58,951 nucleotides of DNA. Origin: Corallococcus praedator. GTDB taxonomy: Bacteria > Myxococcota > Myxococcia > Myxococcales > Myxococcaceae. Position 1 is the first letter of the stretch; each line of letters begins with the position of its first letter. The stretch covers positions 1-58,951 of the forward strand of contig NZ_RAWI01000010.1 of NCBI RefSeq assembly GCF_003612125.1, in the 5' to 3' direction. Positions 46,196 through 55,409 of this stretch are shown here, piece by piece. The position numbers and the translations under genes are program-made. The notes under the pieces are model-generated. The model worked only from the letters and a program-made list of their open reading frames with translations. It did no database searches and was not told the DNA's origin.

Positions 46196-46871
46196 GGCTG
46201 TCCTCCACCGAAGCCGTCGCCGGCAGGTCCATTCCGATGAGCTCCGCCGTGGGGCCCAGGGCCTTGTCGTCGATGCCCGCGCGCTGCGCCATGGACGCGG
46301 GCGTGATGCCAATCACCTTCACCGCCAGGGCGCCTTCCAGCGCGACGGAGATCTCATCCACCGTCTTGCGGGACGCGGCCCAGATCTGCACCTGCTGCGT
46401 CTTCAGGTTCCACGTCACGTCCAGCACGCTGGTGCGGGGCACCGCGCGCTGGCGCAGCAGCTGCTTCAGCTCCAGCTTCTGCTTGTTCTTCTCCGCGCGC
46501 GCGGGCGGGCGGCTGTTCTCCTTGGTGAAGGCGGACGTCCACTTGTCCAGCTCCGCCTTCATCATCGACGCGGGCACCTTCAGCGTGTCGATGCGGAAGG
46601 AGAACAGGGCGTACTCGCCGTAGAAGAGGTTGCTGGTGGAGAAGTCGGACGCTTCCGCGTTCTCCAGCTCCACGAAACCGGCCGCGCGCTCATCTTCGGA
46701 GCGACGGTCGATGGGTTCGAACGCATGGGACTTGAGTCCCTTCGTCAACCAGCGCTTCACATCGGACGGAGCTTCCTTGGAAGGCTCGGTCCGGAAGCGC
46801 GAAAAGGTCACGGCACCACGGAGGACAGGCATGGGGCGCGGCAGGATGGGCGTCCAGTGCCGTGGCGTCAA
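46182..46871 (-). CDS. RdgC-like recombination-associated protein (tentative)
   Basis: MPVLRGAVTFSRFR N-terminus; LKSHAFEPI, Lys-rich KAELDKW...KNKQKLELKQLL and later blocks follow the order of E. coli RdgC motifs; assignment by recall only. Confidence 0.35.
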   Translation of the reverse strand: MTPRHWTPILPRPMPVLRGAVTFSRFRTEPSKEAPSDVKRWLTKGLKSHAFEPIDRRSEDERAAGFVELENAEASDFSTSNLFYGEYALFSFRIDTLKVPASMMKAELDKWTSAFTKENSRPPARAEKNKQKLELKQLLRQRAVPRTSVLDVTWNLKTQQVQIWAASRKTVDEISVALEGALAVKVIGITPASMAQRAGIDDKALGPTAELIGMDLPATASVEDSHGEG

Positions 46872-46997
46872 GGCACTCGGCGTGGCTGGACGTGGGGCGC
46901 TGGGAATAGCCGGCCGTCCAGGGCGTTGCGCGCCCCGAAGTCCCCTGCCGGGCGTTCACCCGAGCACGCCTCCGCCCTCCCCCGCTGGCCGGAAACG

Positions 46998-48521
46998 ATG
47001 ACACTCCCAGGAGCGCGACATACGGTGGCCGCCGCCATGCGCCGCGCCCTCCGCGTCTCCACCGTCTGCGTCCTCCTGACCGCCTGCGCCCACGCGCCCT
47101 CCACACCGGAGGGCCCCCCGGGCCACACCCTGACCGGGGTGACGAAGGCCCTGCTGGAGACCCTGGAGGCCGACGGGGCGCTCGCGGGCGCGTATGTGGT
47201 GGACGCGCGCACCGGCGAGCCGCTCTTCACGCACCGGGAGAACGTGCGGCTGTTGCCCGCGTCCGTGATGAAGGTGGTGTCCACGTCCGCGGCGCTGTCC
47301 GCGCTGGGGGCGGACTTCCGCTTCGTGACGCCGGTGTCCCTGGAGGGCTCGCAGGTGGGGGGCCTGTTCCTGGGCGACGTGGTGGCGCAGGCCTCCGGCG
47401 ACCCGTCCCTGGGCTCGTGGCGCTTCCCGGAGACAGCGCTCGCGTGTGACCGCATCGCGGAGGCCTTCCAGGCGCGCGGCATCCACCAGTGGCGCGGCAG
47501 CGTGCGCATCGCCGGCACCGACGGCGTGGACGGCCTGATGGGGCCCGGCTGGGCCTGGGACGACGCCGCGTATGCCTACAGCGCGGCGCCCACGCCCTTC
47601 GTCTTCCGCGAGAACGTGGTGGACCTGGCCCTCACCCGCGCGCCCGGCGCCACCTGCGCGGACGCGCCCTCCGTGCAGCTCACCCCCACCTTCGCCACGC
47701 TGAGCGCGGTGGTGCGCGTGGACGTCAACGCGGAGCGCACGAACCTGTCCTGCATGCGCGGGGGCACCGGCGTGCGCTGCACGTGGCGCTCGCCCCAGGG
47801 CGGCCCCTGCCCCCAGTCCGCGGGCGTGAAGCTGGCCGTGGACGCGCCGCAAGAGCTCTTCGCCGCGTGCGTGGACGACGCGCTGGCGCGCAAGGGCGTG
47901 ACGCGGCTGCCCCTCACGCTGGAGGCCCCCACCTCGCCCATGCCCCCGGTGCCGGTGCCGCTGGTGGAGCTGACCAGCCCGCCCCTGTCGGAGCTGGTGC
48001 GCGTGACGAACAAGGAGAGCCTCAACCTGTACGCGGAGCGGCTGGGCATGCGCTTCGCGCGCGAGCGCACCGGCCAGGAGGGCTACACCGCGCTGCGCAC
48101 GGCGCTGGCCGCGGAGCTGCTGCGCCGGGGCGTGCCTTCCAAGGACCTGCGCCCGGTGGATGGCAGCGGCTTGTCCCGCTACAACCTGGCCACGCCCCGG
48201 GGCATGGCGCGCGTCATCCTCACCAGCCTCCAGGAGCCCTATGGCCCGGCGCTGGTGGACAGCCTGCCGGTGCTGGGCGTGGACGGGACGCTGGCGGGCC
48301 GGCCCACCACGCAGGCCACCGCGGGCCGCGTGCGCGCGAAGACGGGCACGCTGACGGGCCAGAAGTGCTTCGTGGGCGTGGCCGAGCGCCCCAATGACGT
48401 GGAGCACCCGCGCGTCGTCTTCGCGCTGATGCTCGGCAACATGGACGAGGGCACGAAGCCCAACGCCAACGAGACCTTCGACGTCTTCTCCACCGCCCTG
48501 GTGGAGCTGCCCCTGCATTGA
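46998..48521 (+). CDS. D-alanyl-D-alanine carboxypeptidase/endopeptidase (PBP4 / peptidase S13 family)
   Basis: Signal/lipobox LLTACAHA; SVMKV (SxxK) active-site motif; KTGTL (KTG) box near the C-terminus. Confidence 0.8.
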   Translation: MTLPGARHTVAAAMRRALRVSTVCVLLTACAHAPSTPEGPPGHTLTGVTKALLETLEADGALAGAYVVDARTGEPLFTHRENVRLLPASVMKVVSTSAALSALGADFRFVTPVSLEGSQVGGLFLGDVVAQASGDPSLGSWRFPETALACDRIAEAFQARGIHQWRGSVRIAGTDGVDGLMGPGWAWDDAAYAYSAAPTPFVFRENVVDLALTRAPGATCADAPSVQLTPTFATLSAVVRVDVNAERTNLSCMRGGTGVRCTWRSPQGGPCPQSAGVKLAVDAPQELFAACVDDALARKGVTRLPLTLEAPTSPMPPVPVPLVELTSPPLSELVRVTNKESLNLYAERLGMRFARERTGQEGYTALRTALAAELLRRGVPSKDLRPVDGSGLSRYNLATPRGMARVILTSLQEPYGPALVDSLPVLGVDGTLAGRPTTQATAGRVRAKTGTLTGQKCFVGVAERPNDVEHPRVVFALMLGNMDEGTKPNANETFDVFSTALVELPLH

Positions 48522-48571
48522 AGCTGCGGGGCGCACTCTTCCCAGGGCACAGCACCCATGCGAGGTGAACC

Positions 48572-50752
48572 GTGAAGCTGAAGACCGCAGTGACCACCGC
48601 CGCGCTGCTCCTGCCGCTCGTGTCCGCAGCGGCGGGCAAGGCGCCCGCGAAGCCCGCCGCCACGGAGAAGCAGCCCGTGGAGACCACGTACCACGGCACC
48701 ACGGTGGCGGATCCCTACCAGTGGATGGAGTCCGCCACCGACCCCAAGGTGCAGCAGTGGACGGACACCCAGAACGCGTACACCCGCGCGACGCTGGACA
48801 AGCTGCCGGGGCGCGAGGGCTTGCGCCAGCGCATCACCGAACTGCTGTCGTGGAAGTCTCCCGCGTACGGGGCCCTGGAGGAGAAGGGCGGCGTCATCGT
48901 GGCGATGAAGTTCCAGCCGCCGAAGCAGCAGCCGACGCTCGTCATCCTGGGCTCGCTGGACGACACGTCGAAGGAGCGCGTGCTGTTGGATCCCACGCAG
49001 GTGGACCCGTCCGGCAAGACGACCATCGACTGGTTCCAGCTCACGAACGACGGCAAGAAGGTGGCGGTGTCGCTGTCCAAGAGCGGCACGGAGAGCGGTG
49101 ACGTGTCGGTGTACGACGTGGCCACGTCGAAGGCGCTGGCCAACGAGGTCGTCCCCCGCGTCAACGGCGGCACGGCGGGCGGCAGCCTCGCGTGGAACGC
49201 GCAGGGCACGGGCTTCTTCTACACGCGCTATCCGCGCGGCGAGGAGCGTCCCGCCATCGACCGCGAGGTGTACCAGCAGGTGTACTTCCACGCGCTGGGC
49301 ACGCCCACGGAGAAGGACACGTACGCGCTGGGCAAGGACTTCCCGCGCATCGCGATGACGGAGCTGGAGGCCAGCGACGACGGCCAGTACACGTTCGCGC
49401 GCGTGGCCAACGGGGACGGCGGCGAGTACGAGCTGTACCTGCACGGCCCCAAGGGCACGTGGACGCAGGTGGCGAAGTTCACGGACAAGGTGGTGTCGGC
49501 GCGCTTCGGCAGCGACGGCGCGGCGTACCTGCTCAGCCGCAAGGACGCCTCGCGCGGCAAGGTGCTGCGCCTGCCGCTCAACACGCCGACGTTGGACAAG
49601 GCGACGGTGCTCGTCCCGGAGGGCGAGGCCACGGTGCAGTCCATCCTGCCCACGAAGAGCCGCCTGTACCTGATGGAGCAGCTGGGCGGGCCGTCGCAGA
49701 TGCGCATCGTGGACCTGACGGGCAAGGCGCTGGGGCTGGTGCCCACGCTGCCGGTGTCGTCGGTGGGCGGCGCGGTGCGGCAGGGCGCGGACGACGTGCT
49801 GTTCGCCAACACCAGCTTCACGACGCCGGCCGCGTGGTACCGGTACTCGGCGGCGGACGGCAAGGTGACGAAGACGGCGCTGGCGCGCACGGCGGCCATC
49901 GACATGAGCGACGTGGAGGTGGTGCGCACGGAGGCCACGTCGAAGGACGGCACCAAGGTGCCGCTGACCATCCTGAAGAAGAAGGGCACGAAGCTGAACG
50001 GGAAGAACCCGGCGTGGCTCACGGGCTACGGCGGCTTCAACATCTCCATCACGCCCGGCTACAGCGCGACGGCGGGCCTGTGGCTGGAGCAGGGCGGCGT
50101 GTTCGCGGTGGCGAACCTGCGCGGCGGCTCGGAGTTCGGTGAGGCCTGGCACCAAGCGGGTTCGCTGACGAAGAAGCAGAACGTGTTCGACGACTTCTAC
50201 GCGTGCGCGAAGCTGCTGGTGGACCAGAAGTACACGCAGCCGAAGAAGCTGGCCATCCAGGGCGGCAGCAACGGCGGCCTGCTGATGGGCGCGGCCGTGA
50301 CGCAGCACCCGGAGCAGTACGGCGCGGTGGTGGCGCGCGTGGGCATCTACGACATGCTGCGCACGGAGCTGACGCCCAACGGCCAGTTCAACGTGACGGA
50401 GTACGGCACGGTGAAGGACCCGGAGCAGTTCAAGGCGCTGTATGCCTATTCGCCGGTGCACCACGTGAAGGACGGGACGAAGTACCCGTCGGTGCTCTTC
50501 ACCTCCGGGGCGAATGATCCGCGCGTGGATCCGTTCCACTCGCGCAAGATGGTGGCCCGGATGCAGGCGGCCACCAGCGCCCCGAAGCCCATCCTGCTGC
50601 GCGCCGACGCGGAGACGGGCCACGGCCTGGGCACGCCGCTGGCCGCGCGCATCGAGGAGGAGGTGGACGTCTACTCCTTCGTCTTCAATGAGCTGGGCAT
50701 GACGTACAAGCCCAACGCGACGAAGAAGCCCACCGCTCCCGCGCCGCAGTAG
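48572..50752 (+). CDS. prolyl oligopeptidase (S9A) family serine peptidase, secreted
   Basis: Signal peptide; N-terminal beta-propeller; catalytic domain with GGSNGGLLMGA nucleophile motif and C-terminal D/H region. Confidence 0.9.
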   Translation: MKLKTAVTTAALLLPLVSAAAGKAPAKPAATEKQPVETTYHGTTVADPYQWMESATDPKVQQWTDTQNAYTRATLDKLPGREGLRQRITELLSWKSPAYGALEEKGGVIVAMKFQPPKQQPTLVILGSLDDTSKERVLLDPTQVDPSGKTTIDWFQLTNDGKKVAVSLSKSGTESGDVSVYDVATSKALANEVVPRVNGGTAGGSLAWNAQGTGFFYTRYPRGEERPAIDREVYQQVYFHALGTPTEKDTYALGKDFPRIAMTELEASDDGQYTFARVANGDGGEYELYLHGPKGTWTQVAKFTDKVVSARFGSDGAAYLLSRKDASRGKVLRLPLNTPTLDKATVLVPEGEATVQSILPTKSRLYLMEQLGGPSQMRIVDLTGKALGLVPTLPVSSVGGAVRQGADDVLFANTSFTTPAAWYRYSAADGKVTKTALARTAAIDMSDVEVVRTEATSKDGTKVPLTILKKKGTKLNGKNPAWLTGYGGFNISITPGYSATAGLWLEQGGVFAVANLRGGSEFGEAWHQAGSLTKKQNVFDDFYACAKLLVDQKYTQPKKLAIQGGSNGGLLMGAAVTQHPEQYGAVVARVGIYDMLRTELTPNGQFNVTEYGTVKDPEQFKALYAYSPVHHVKDGTKYPSVLFTSGANDPRVDPFHSRKMVARMQAATSAPKPILLRADAETGHGLGTPLAARIEEEVDVYSFVFNELGMTYKPNATKKPTAPAPQ

Positions 50753-50765
50753 TCGGTTTCATCCG

Positions 50766-50810
50766 CGCCCATCCCTTCCCGAGCGGAGGGATGGGCGTTT
50801 CCTTTCCCGT
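50766..50810 (+). terminator. rho-independent terminator after the prolyl oligopeptidase gene
   Basis: 10-bp perfect stem CGCCCATCCC/GGGATGGGCG with a 12-nt loop, followed by TTTCCTTTCC. Confidence 0.6.
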
Positions 50811-50815
50811 GTTTC

Positions 50816-51256
50816 GTGGCACCCTGGCGCCCCATGAGCCCGCTCATCCCCTTCTTCATCCTTTCGCCCATCGTCGCGGGCGGCCTGGCCTGGTTCACGC
50901 TCACCCGCATTGGGAAGCGGCGGAACGAACGCGCGAAGGGGTCGCTGGACGCGGTGGTGGCGAAGCTGCGAGGGCAGAAGGTATTGGGCGCGGTGGACCT
51001 GTTCGTCCAGGACGTGTCGTGGTCCGGGGAGACGGAGCTGTCGCCGCAGAACTGTCAGGTCCGCGTGGTGATGGGCGGCCAGGACGCCAGCGCCATTCCG
51101 GGCCGCTTCGAGGTGGAGAGCGCGCCGGGTGCGCCCCGTCCTCCGGCGGCGGTGCTGGCGGCGCTGCGGGAGCTGGATGCGCAGGCGATGGCGGCGCTGA
51201 AGTCGGGCGGCTGGGCATGGCAGCGCCCGCGCATCGGCTTCGAGCCGGCGGCTTAA
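50816..51256 (+). CDS. hypothetical membrane-anchored protein
   Basis: N-terminal TM (LIPFFILSPIVAGGLAWFTL); coding-like composition; no domain. Confidence 0.4.
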   Translation: MAPWRPMSPLIPFFILSPIVAGGLAWFTLTRIGKRRNERAKGSLDAVVAKLRGQKVLGAVDLFVQDVSWSGETELSPQNCQVRVVMGGQDASAIPGRFEVESAPGAPRPPAAVLAALRELDAQAMAALKSGGWAWQRPRIGFEPAA

Positions 51257-51290
51257 GCCGCGACGAAGCGCGGCCGCACTCCACCGAGGC

Positions 51291-52160
51291 TCAAGCCTGG
51301 ACGTGCGTGAGGATCGCCGCCGTGAGGACATTGAAGTAAGCGGGATTCAGGGCGTGCCCCATTCCGTCGATGAGCAAGGCCTTCCCTCCGGAGACGTCGG
51401 CTGCCGCGGCGGCATGTCCTGGCGGGAAGATGGGGTCCTCGGAGCCGCCAATGAACAGGGCAGGCACCGTGAGGCGGCGCAAGGCCTGGAGCTGATCCTT
51501 CTGGGAGCTGCGCAGGCAGGCCTGTCGGTGGGCATCTCCTGCCGCCGTGTCTTCACCCCGCGCGGCGGCGCTCGCTACCAGGTCCCGCCAATAGGCCGCA
51601 TCGAAGGGTGCGCGCGAACCGTTGGCGAGCCGCCAGCTCTCGCTGACCAGCTCTGCCGGGGACAGGTCTGGCGACAGGCGTCCGAGCTCCGCGAGCCATT
51701 GGGCCGAAGGAGGCGGCAGTCCCGACGTGGGGGCTTCGCTTCCGCAGAACGTGTGGAGCATCACCCCATAGTCCGGCGTGGACAGCATGCTCGTCAGCGA
51801 GGCCACGCGTCGTGGCGTGCGGAGGGCCATCCGCTGCGCCAGGAAGCCTCCCATCGACAGCCCCACCAGATGCGCCCGCTCCACGTCCAATGCATCGAGG
51901 ATCGCGAGGACGTCGCCGGACAGGTCGTCGAGGTCGTAGGGATGTGCCTCGAAGGCGCGGTGCGTGGACGCCCCCGTGTCGCGGTAGTCGAAGCGGATGA
52001 CACCCAGGCCGGCGTGAAGCAGCGGCGCGCAGAACGCATCGGGCCAATAGCTGGCGCCGCACCCGTTGCCGGCGAGCAGGAGCACGGGTGGAGCCTGGAG
52101 GGGTCCGGCCACCTGGTAGGAGATGCGGACTCCATCGCGGTCGAGGAGGTGTTCGTGCAT
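51291..52160 (-). CDS. alpha/beta-fold hydrolase
   Basis: HLVGLSMGGFLAQ nucleophile elbow, HGxxxxxxW-type N-terminal region. Confidence 0.7.
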   Translation of the reverse strand: MHEHLLDRDGVRISYQVAGPLQAPPVLLLAGNGCGASYWPDAFCAPLLHAGLGVIRFDYRDTGASTHRAFEAHPYDLDDLSGDVLAILDALDVERAHLVGLSMGGFLAQRMALRTPRRVASLTSMLSTPDYGVMLHTFCGSEAPTSGLPPPSAQWLAELGRLSPDLSPAELVSESWRLANGSRAPFDAAYWRDLVASAAARGEDTAAGDAHRQACLRSSQKDQLQALRRLTVPALFIGGSEDPIFPPGHAAAAADVSGGKALLIDGMGHALNPAYFNVLTAAILTHVQA

Positions 52161-52272
52161 GGGAGGGCCGGACACTAACAGCACCCGACGAAGGTCAGGG
52201 CTGGACGGGAGTCGATGGGCTGGTGCGTGAATCAGACCCACCGCGCTTCTTCGCGCTGGATAGGATGCGCCC

Positions 52273-53025
52273 ATGCTCCTTTCCAAGAACGACTTCCTTG
52301 CGCGCGCGGAGGCCACGCTCGCCCGGCTGGACGGTGCCCGCAGGGATGCGCTCTCCCATCAGGGCGCGCCCCTGGTCACCTCCCTGGGGAGGGCGTTCCC
52401 CAAGGACGCGCCCCTTGAACCCGCCGGACTCGCCAAGGCGCTGTGTCCCGGGCCTGTCTCGCATGTCGGCCTGGCGGCCGTGGTGATGCGCGAGTTCCTC
52501 GAACCCGTGGACGCCGTGCTGGACGCGTCGCTGTCCAGGTCCACGGTCGTGACGGGGAACGCGAAGGCTCCCGGTTCGCTGCTCGTCACCTGCCCCCTCC
52601 TCGTGCTGGGCGACCTGGAGGTCAATGGATTCCTGGACGACTGCGGGCCGGATTCGACCATCGTGGTCCTGGGCCGCTGTGTCGCGAAGGGGCTGCGAAC
52701 GTCGGGGAACTTCCTGGTCCTGGGCGACCTTGTGGTCCGGGACGTCATCCAGGGCGTCTACAACGATGAGAGTCTCATCGTGGCGGGCAACCTGACGACG
52801 CGCTTCCTGGATGAGAATGATCACGAAGTCGCGTGCTACGGAGAACTCCACGCGGAGTATCGCTTCGAGAACGGGCGCTCCGACGAAGAGGCGGCGTCGC
52901 AGGCCTCCGCCTTCCTGGTGCCCGGGCTCTGGAACATCGATCTCGGCGAAATCGACCACGACGAACTCTTTGAACGCATCCGGCGGAACGAACCGGTCTT
53001 CACCGAAACGAAGAAGCACGCTTGA
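52273..53025 (+). CDS. hypothetical protein with beta-helix-like LVLGDLxV repeats
   Basis: Coding composition far better than the antisense 52195-53187 ORF; repeated LLVLGDLEVNG / FLVLGDLVVRD / LIVAGNLTTR segments. Confidence 0.4.
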   Translation: MLLSKNDFLARAEATLARLDGARRDALSHQGAPLVTSLGRAFPKDAPLEPAGLAKALCPGPVSHVGLAAVVMREFLEPVDAVLDASLSRSTVVTGNAKAPGSLLVTCPLLVLGDLEVNGFLDDCGPDSTIVVLGRCVAKGLRTSGNFLVLGDLVVRDVIQGVYNDESLIVAGNLTTRFLDENDHEVACYGELHAEYRFENGRSDEEAASQASAFLVPGLWNIDLGEIDHDELFERIRRNEPVFTETKKHA

Positions 53026-53152
53026 GCCGGCTTCCATCCTGGGTTGGAAGCCCACCCCAGGAAGTGAATCGCCTCGGGTGACGTTGCCTGCCACACGTCG
53101 GTTCGAGCACCCACGACGGGAGTGCTGGAGGGCATCCGCGCCAACTGCCAGC

Positions 53153-54241
53153 ATGGGCCGCATGCCCTCCTTCGACTCGCTCGACACCCCCGCCGCCCTC
53201 GTCGACCTGGACCGCGTCGAGCGGAACCTCCAGCGCGTCGCGACCTATGCGCGCGAGCACGGGCTGCGCTGGAGGCCCCACACGAAGACCCACAAGACGG
53301 TGGAACTGGGCGCGCTCCAGGTGGCTGCGGGCGCTTCAGGTGTCACGGTGGCCACGGTCCTGGAAGCCGAGGTCATGGCCTCCGTGTCCGACGACGTGTT
53401 GCTCGCGTACCCACCCGTGGGAGCCCGCCGGCTCGCGCGGCTGATGGCCCTTCCCCAGCACGTGCGCATCTCCGTGGCGCTTGATTCCGTGGAGGTATTG
53501 GACGGGCTGGCACTCGCGGCGCGGAATGCGGGACGCACCGTGGGCGTGCTGGTGGAGTTGGACCTGGGCATGCGCCGGGTCGGCCTGCGCACGCCGGACG
53601 AAGCCGTGGCCCTGGCCCGCGCGGCGGCCTCCACGCCGGGCGTGGCGTTTCGGGGGGTGACGTTCTATGCGGGCCACATCCGCATCCCACAAGCGGAGCT
53701 GCCCGCCGCGATGCACGCCCAATCCCAGACACTGGCGTCGTTCGTGGACGCCCTGCGCGGTGCGGGACTTTCGCCCGAGGTCGTGAGCGGCGGCTCCACC
53801 CCCACCCTCTGGCAATCCCACGCCGTGCACGGCCTCACGGAGATCCGTCCGGGCCTCAATGCGCTGAACGACCGCAACAGCACCGTCATCGGCGCCAATG
53901 ACTGGACGGAGTGCGCCTACTCGGTCCTGGCCACCGTGGTGAGCACCGCCGTGTCCGGGCAGGTGGTCATCGACGCGGGGGCCAAGGCGCTCGCGAAAGA
54001 AGAGGGACTGGCCCCGGGGTACGGCGTCCTGTTGGAACGGCCGGAGGTCGTGGTGAAGAACCTGTCGGAGGAACACGGACTGCTGGACGTGTCCGCCTCG
54101 ACGTGGCGACCGCGCATCGGTGACCGCGTGCGCGTGGTGCCGAACCATGTCTGTGTTTCGGTCCCCATGCACCCGCGACTGCACGTCGTCCGAGGCGAAA
54201 CAGCCGTGGCGACCTGGGAGGTCGCGGCGCGCGGCTGGTAG
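53153..54241 (+). CDS. PLP-dependent alanine-racemase-fold enzyme of the D-serine dehydratase-like / D-threonine aldolase (DSD1) family
   Basis: ALVDLDRVERNLQRV...RPHTKTHK (PLP Lys) N-terminal TIM-barrel motif, C-terminal beta domain. Confidence 0.7.
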   Translation: MGRMPSFDSLDTPAALVDLDRVERNLQRVATYAREHGLRWRPHTKTHKTVELGALQVAAGASGVTVATVLEAEVMASVSDDVLLAYPPVGARRLARLMALPQHVRISVALDSVEVLDGLALAARNAGRTVGVLVELDLGMRRVGLRTPDEAVALARAAASTPGVAFRGVTFYAGHIRIPQAELPAAMHAQSQTLASFVDALRGAGLSPEVVSGGSTPTLWQSHAVHGLTEIRPGLNALNDRNSTVIGANDWTECAYSVLATVVSTAVSGQVVIDAGAKALAKEEGLAPGYGVLLERPEVVVKNLSEEHGLLDVSASTWRPRIGDRVRVVPNHVCVSVPMHPRLHVVRGETAVATWEVAARGW

Positions 54242-54283
54242 GCCTCCCGGCCCTCAGGCAGGAGACCCACCGCCGCTGAATCG

Positions 54284-55300
54284 CTACATGCTCAGGTGCG
54301 GGTCCCGCGCCGCGCCCCAGTCCTTGACGCCCACCTGCCGCATCGAAGCGGCGATGTCCTCTCCAAGCTTGGGCTTCGTCTTGCGGACGGCCTGGATGTC
54401 CTCGAAGTTGAGCTTCGGGTAGATGAGGCCCGCGAACACGTAATCCGTCACGTTGATGTCCGTGCCCCCCAGGATGGGCAGCCCGTCCCGGGTGATGGAA
54501 CTGGGGAGCTGGTAGCACATGATGGAGGTCTGATCCGCCGGGGTGGCGAAGATGGACTGGTCATCGAGCGGACTGAGCACCTGCTCATCGACCGTGGCCT
54601 TATCCCAGCCCTGGGTCGCGAGGAAATACGCGTAGGCCTTGTCGGGATCGATTCGCGCCACCAGCTCGCGCCGCATGTGTTCATGCGGGAAGCCGAGCGT
54701 GTGCCCCGCCTCGTGCCGGATGACACGGCTGTATTCGGAATCCGGGGTGTTCATCGAGAACGCCTCCAGGTTCATCGTCGGCTCGTCGGTCGGGATGAGC
54801 TTCACGTCCGTCCCGAGGTACGACCAGTAGCCCCCCGGCTCCCGTGAGATCCTCACGTCGCCGGTCCCATTCGTTTCGACGAAGGAGATGCCGCCGCTCG
54901 TCGACCAGGCGTTCAGGTGGCTGACGATGCGGGCGCGAAGGTCGGCCGGCGCGGACTCCATGAAGCTGACGGTCAGCTCGCGGGTGGCCGGTCCCCAGTA
55001 CTTCGACGTCAGGAGCGCGATCCGCATCGGGGTCAGCGGAAGGTCCGAACCCAACGCGGCCACGAGCCCTGGCAGCGGCGCATTGACCGGGTTGATCTTC
55101 CTGGCGACCTCCGCCGCCCTCACCAGCAGGCGACCGGGAAGGACCTTCAGCGTACAGCCGGTGTGGCTCGCGGCCGTGAACTGCGCGCGTCCCTGACCAT
55201 CCCCCTGCCGCCGTTCCAGCAGCGCGTCTTCCTGCAACGCCTGCCGAGCCACATCGGCAATCCTCAGCAATGCATCACGATATCCGTCTGTTTCACGCAT
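54284..55300 (-). CDS. astacin-like (M12A) zinc metalloprotease domain protein, no obvious signal peptide
   Basis: HEAGHTLGFPHEHMRRE matches HExxHxxGxxHE of astacins; upstream GGYWSYLGT vs astacin GCWSYVGR; ISFVETNGTGDV vs IRFVPRTTESDYV. Confidence 0.65.
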   Translation of the reverse strand: MRETDGYRDALLRIADVARQALQEDALLERRQGDGQGRAQFTAASHTGCTLKVLPGRLLVRAAEVARKINPVNAPLPGLVAALGSDLPLTPMRIALLTSKYWGPATRELTVSFMESAPADLRARIVSHLNAWSTSGGISFVETNGTGDVRISREPGGYWSYLGTDVKLIPTDEPTMNLEAFSMNTPDSEYSRVIRHEAGHTLGFPHEHMRRELVARIDPDKAYAYFLATQGWDKATVDEQVLSPLDDQSIFATPADQTSIMCYQLPSSITRDGLPILGGTDINVTDYVFAGLIYPKLNFEDIQAVRKTKPKLGEDIAASMRQVGVKDWGAARDPHLSM

Positions 55301-55409
55301 GGCTCCACCTCCACGTGTCGCTGATGGAAAATTGGAGATGGACCTCGCGGCAACAAGGCCACGAGGGGGGCCAGCTTTTCATCCGCCGAAGCGTTCACGC
55401 GTCCGGCTG

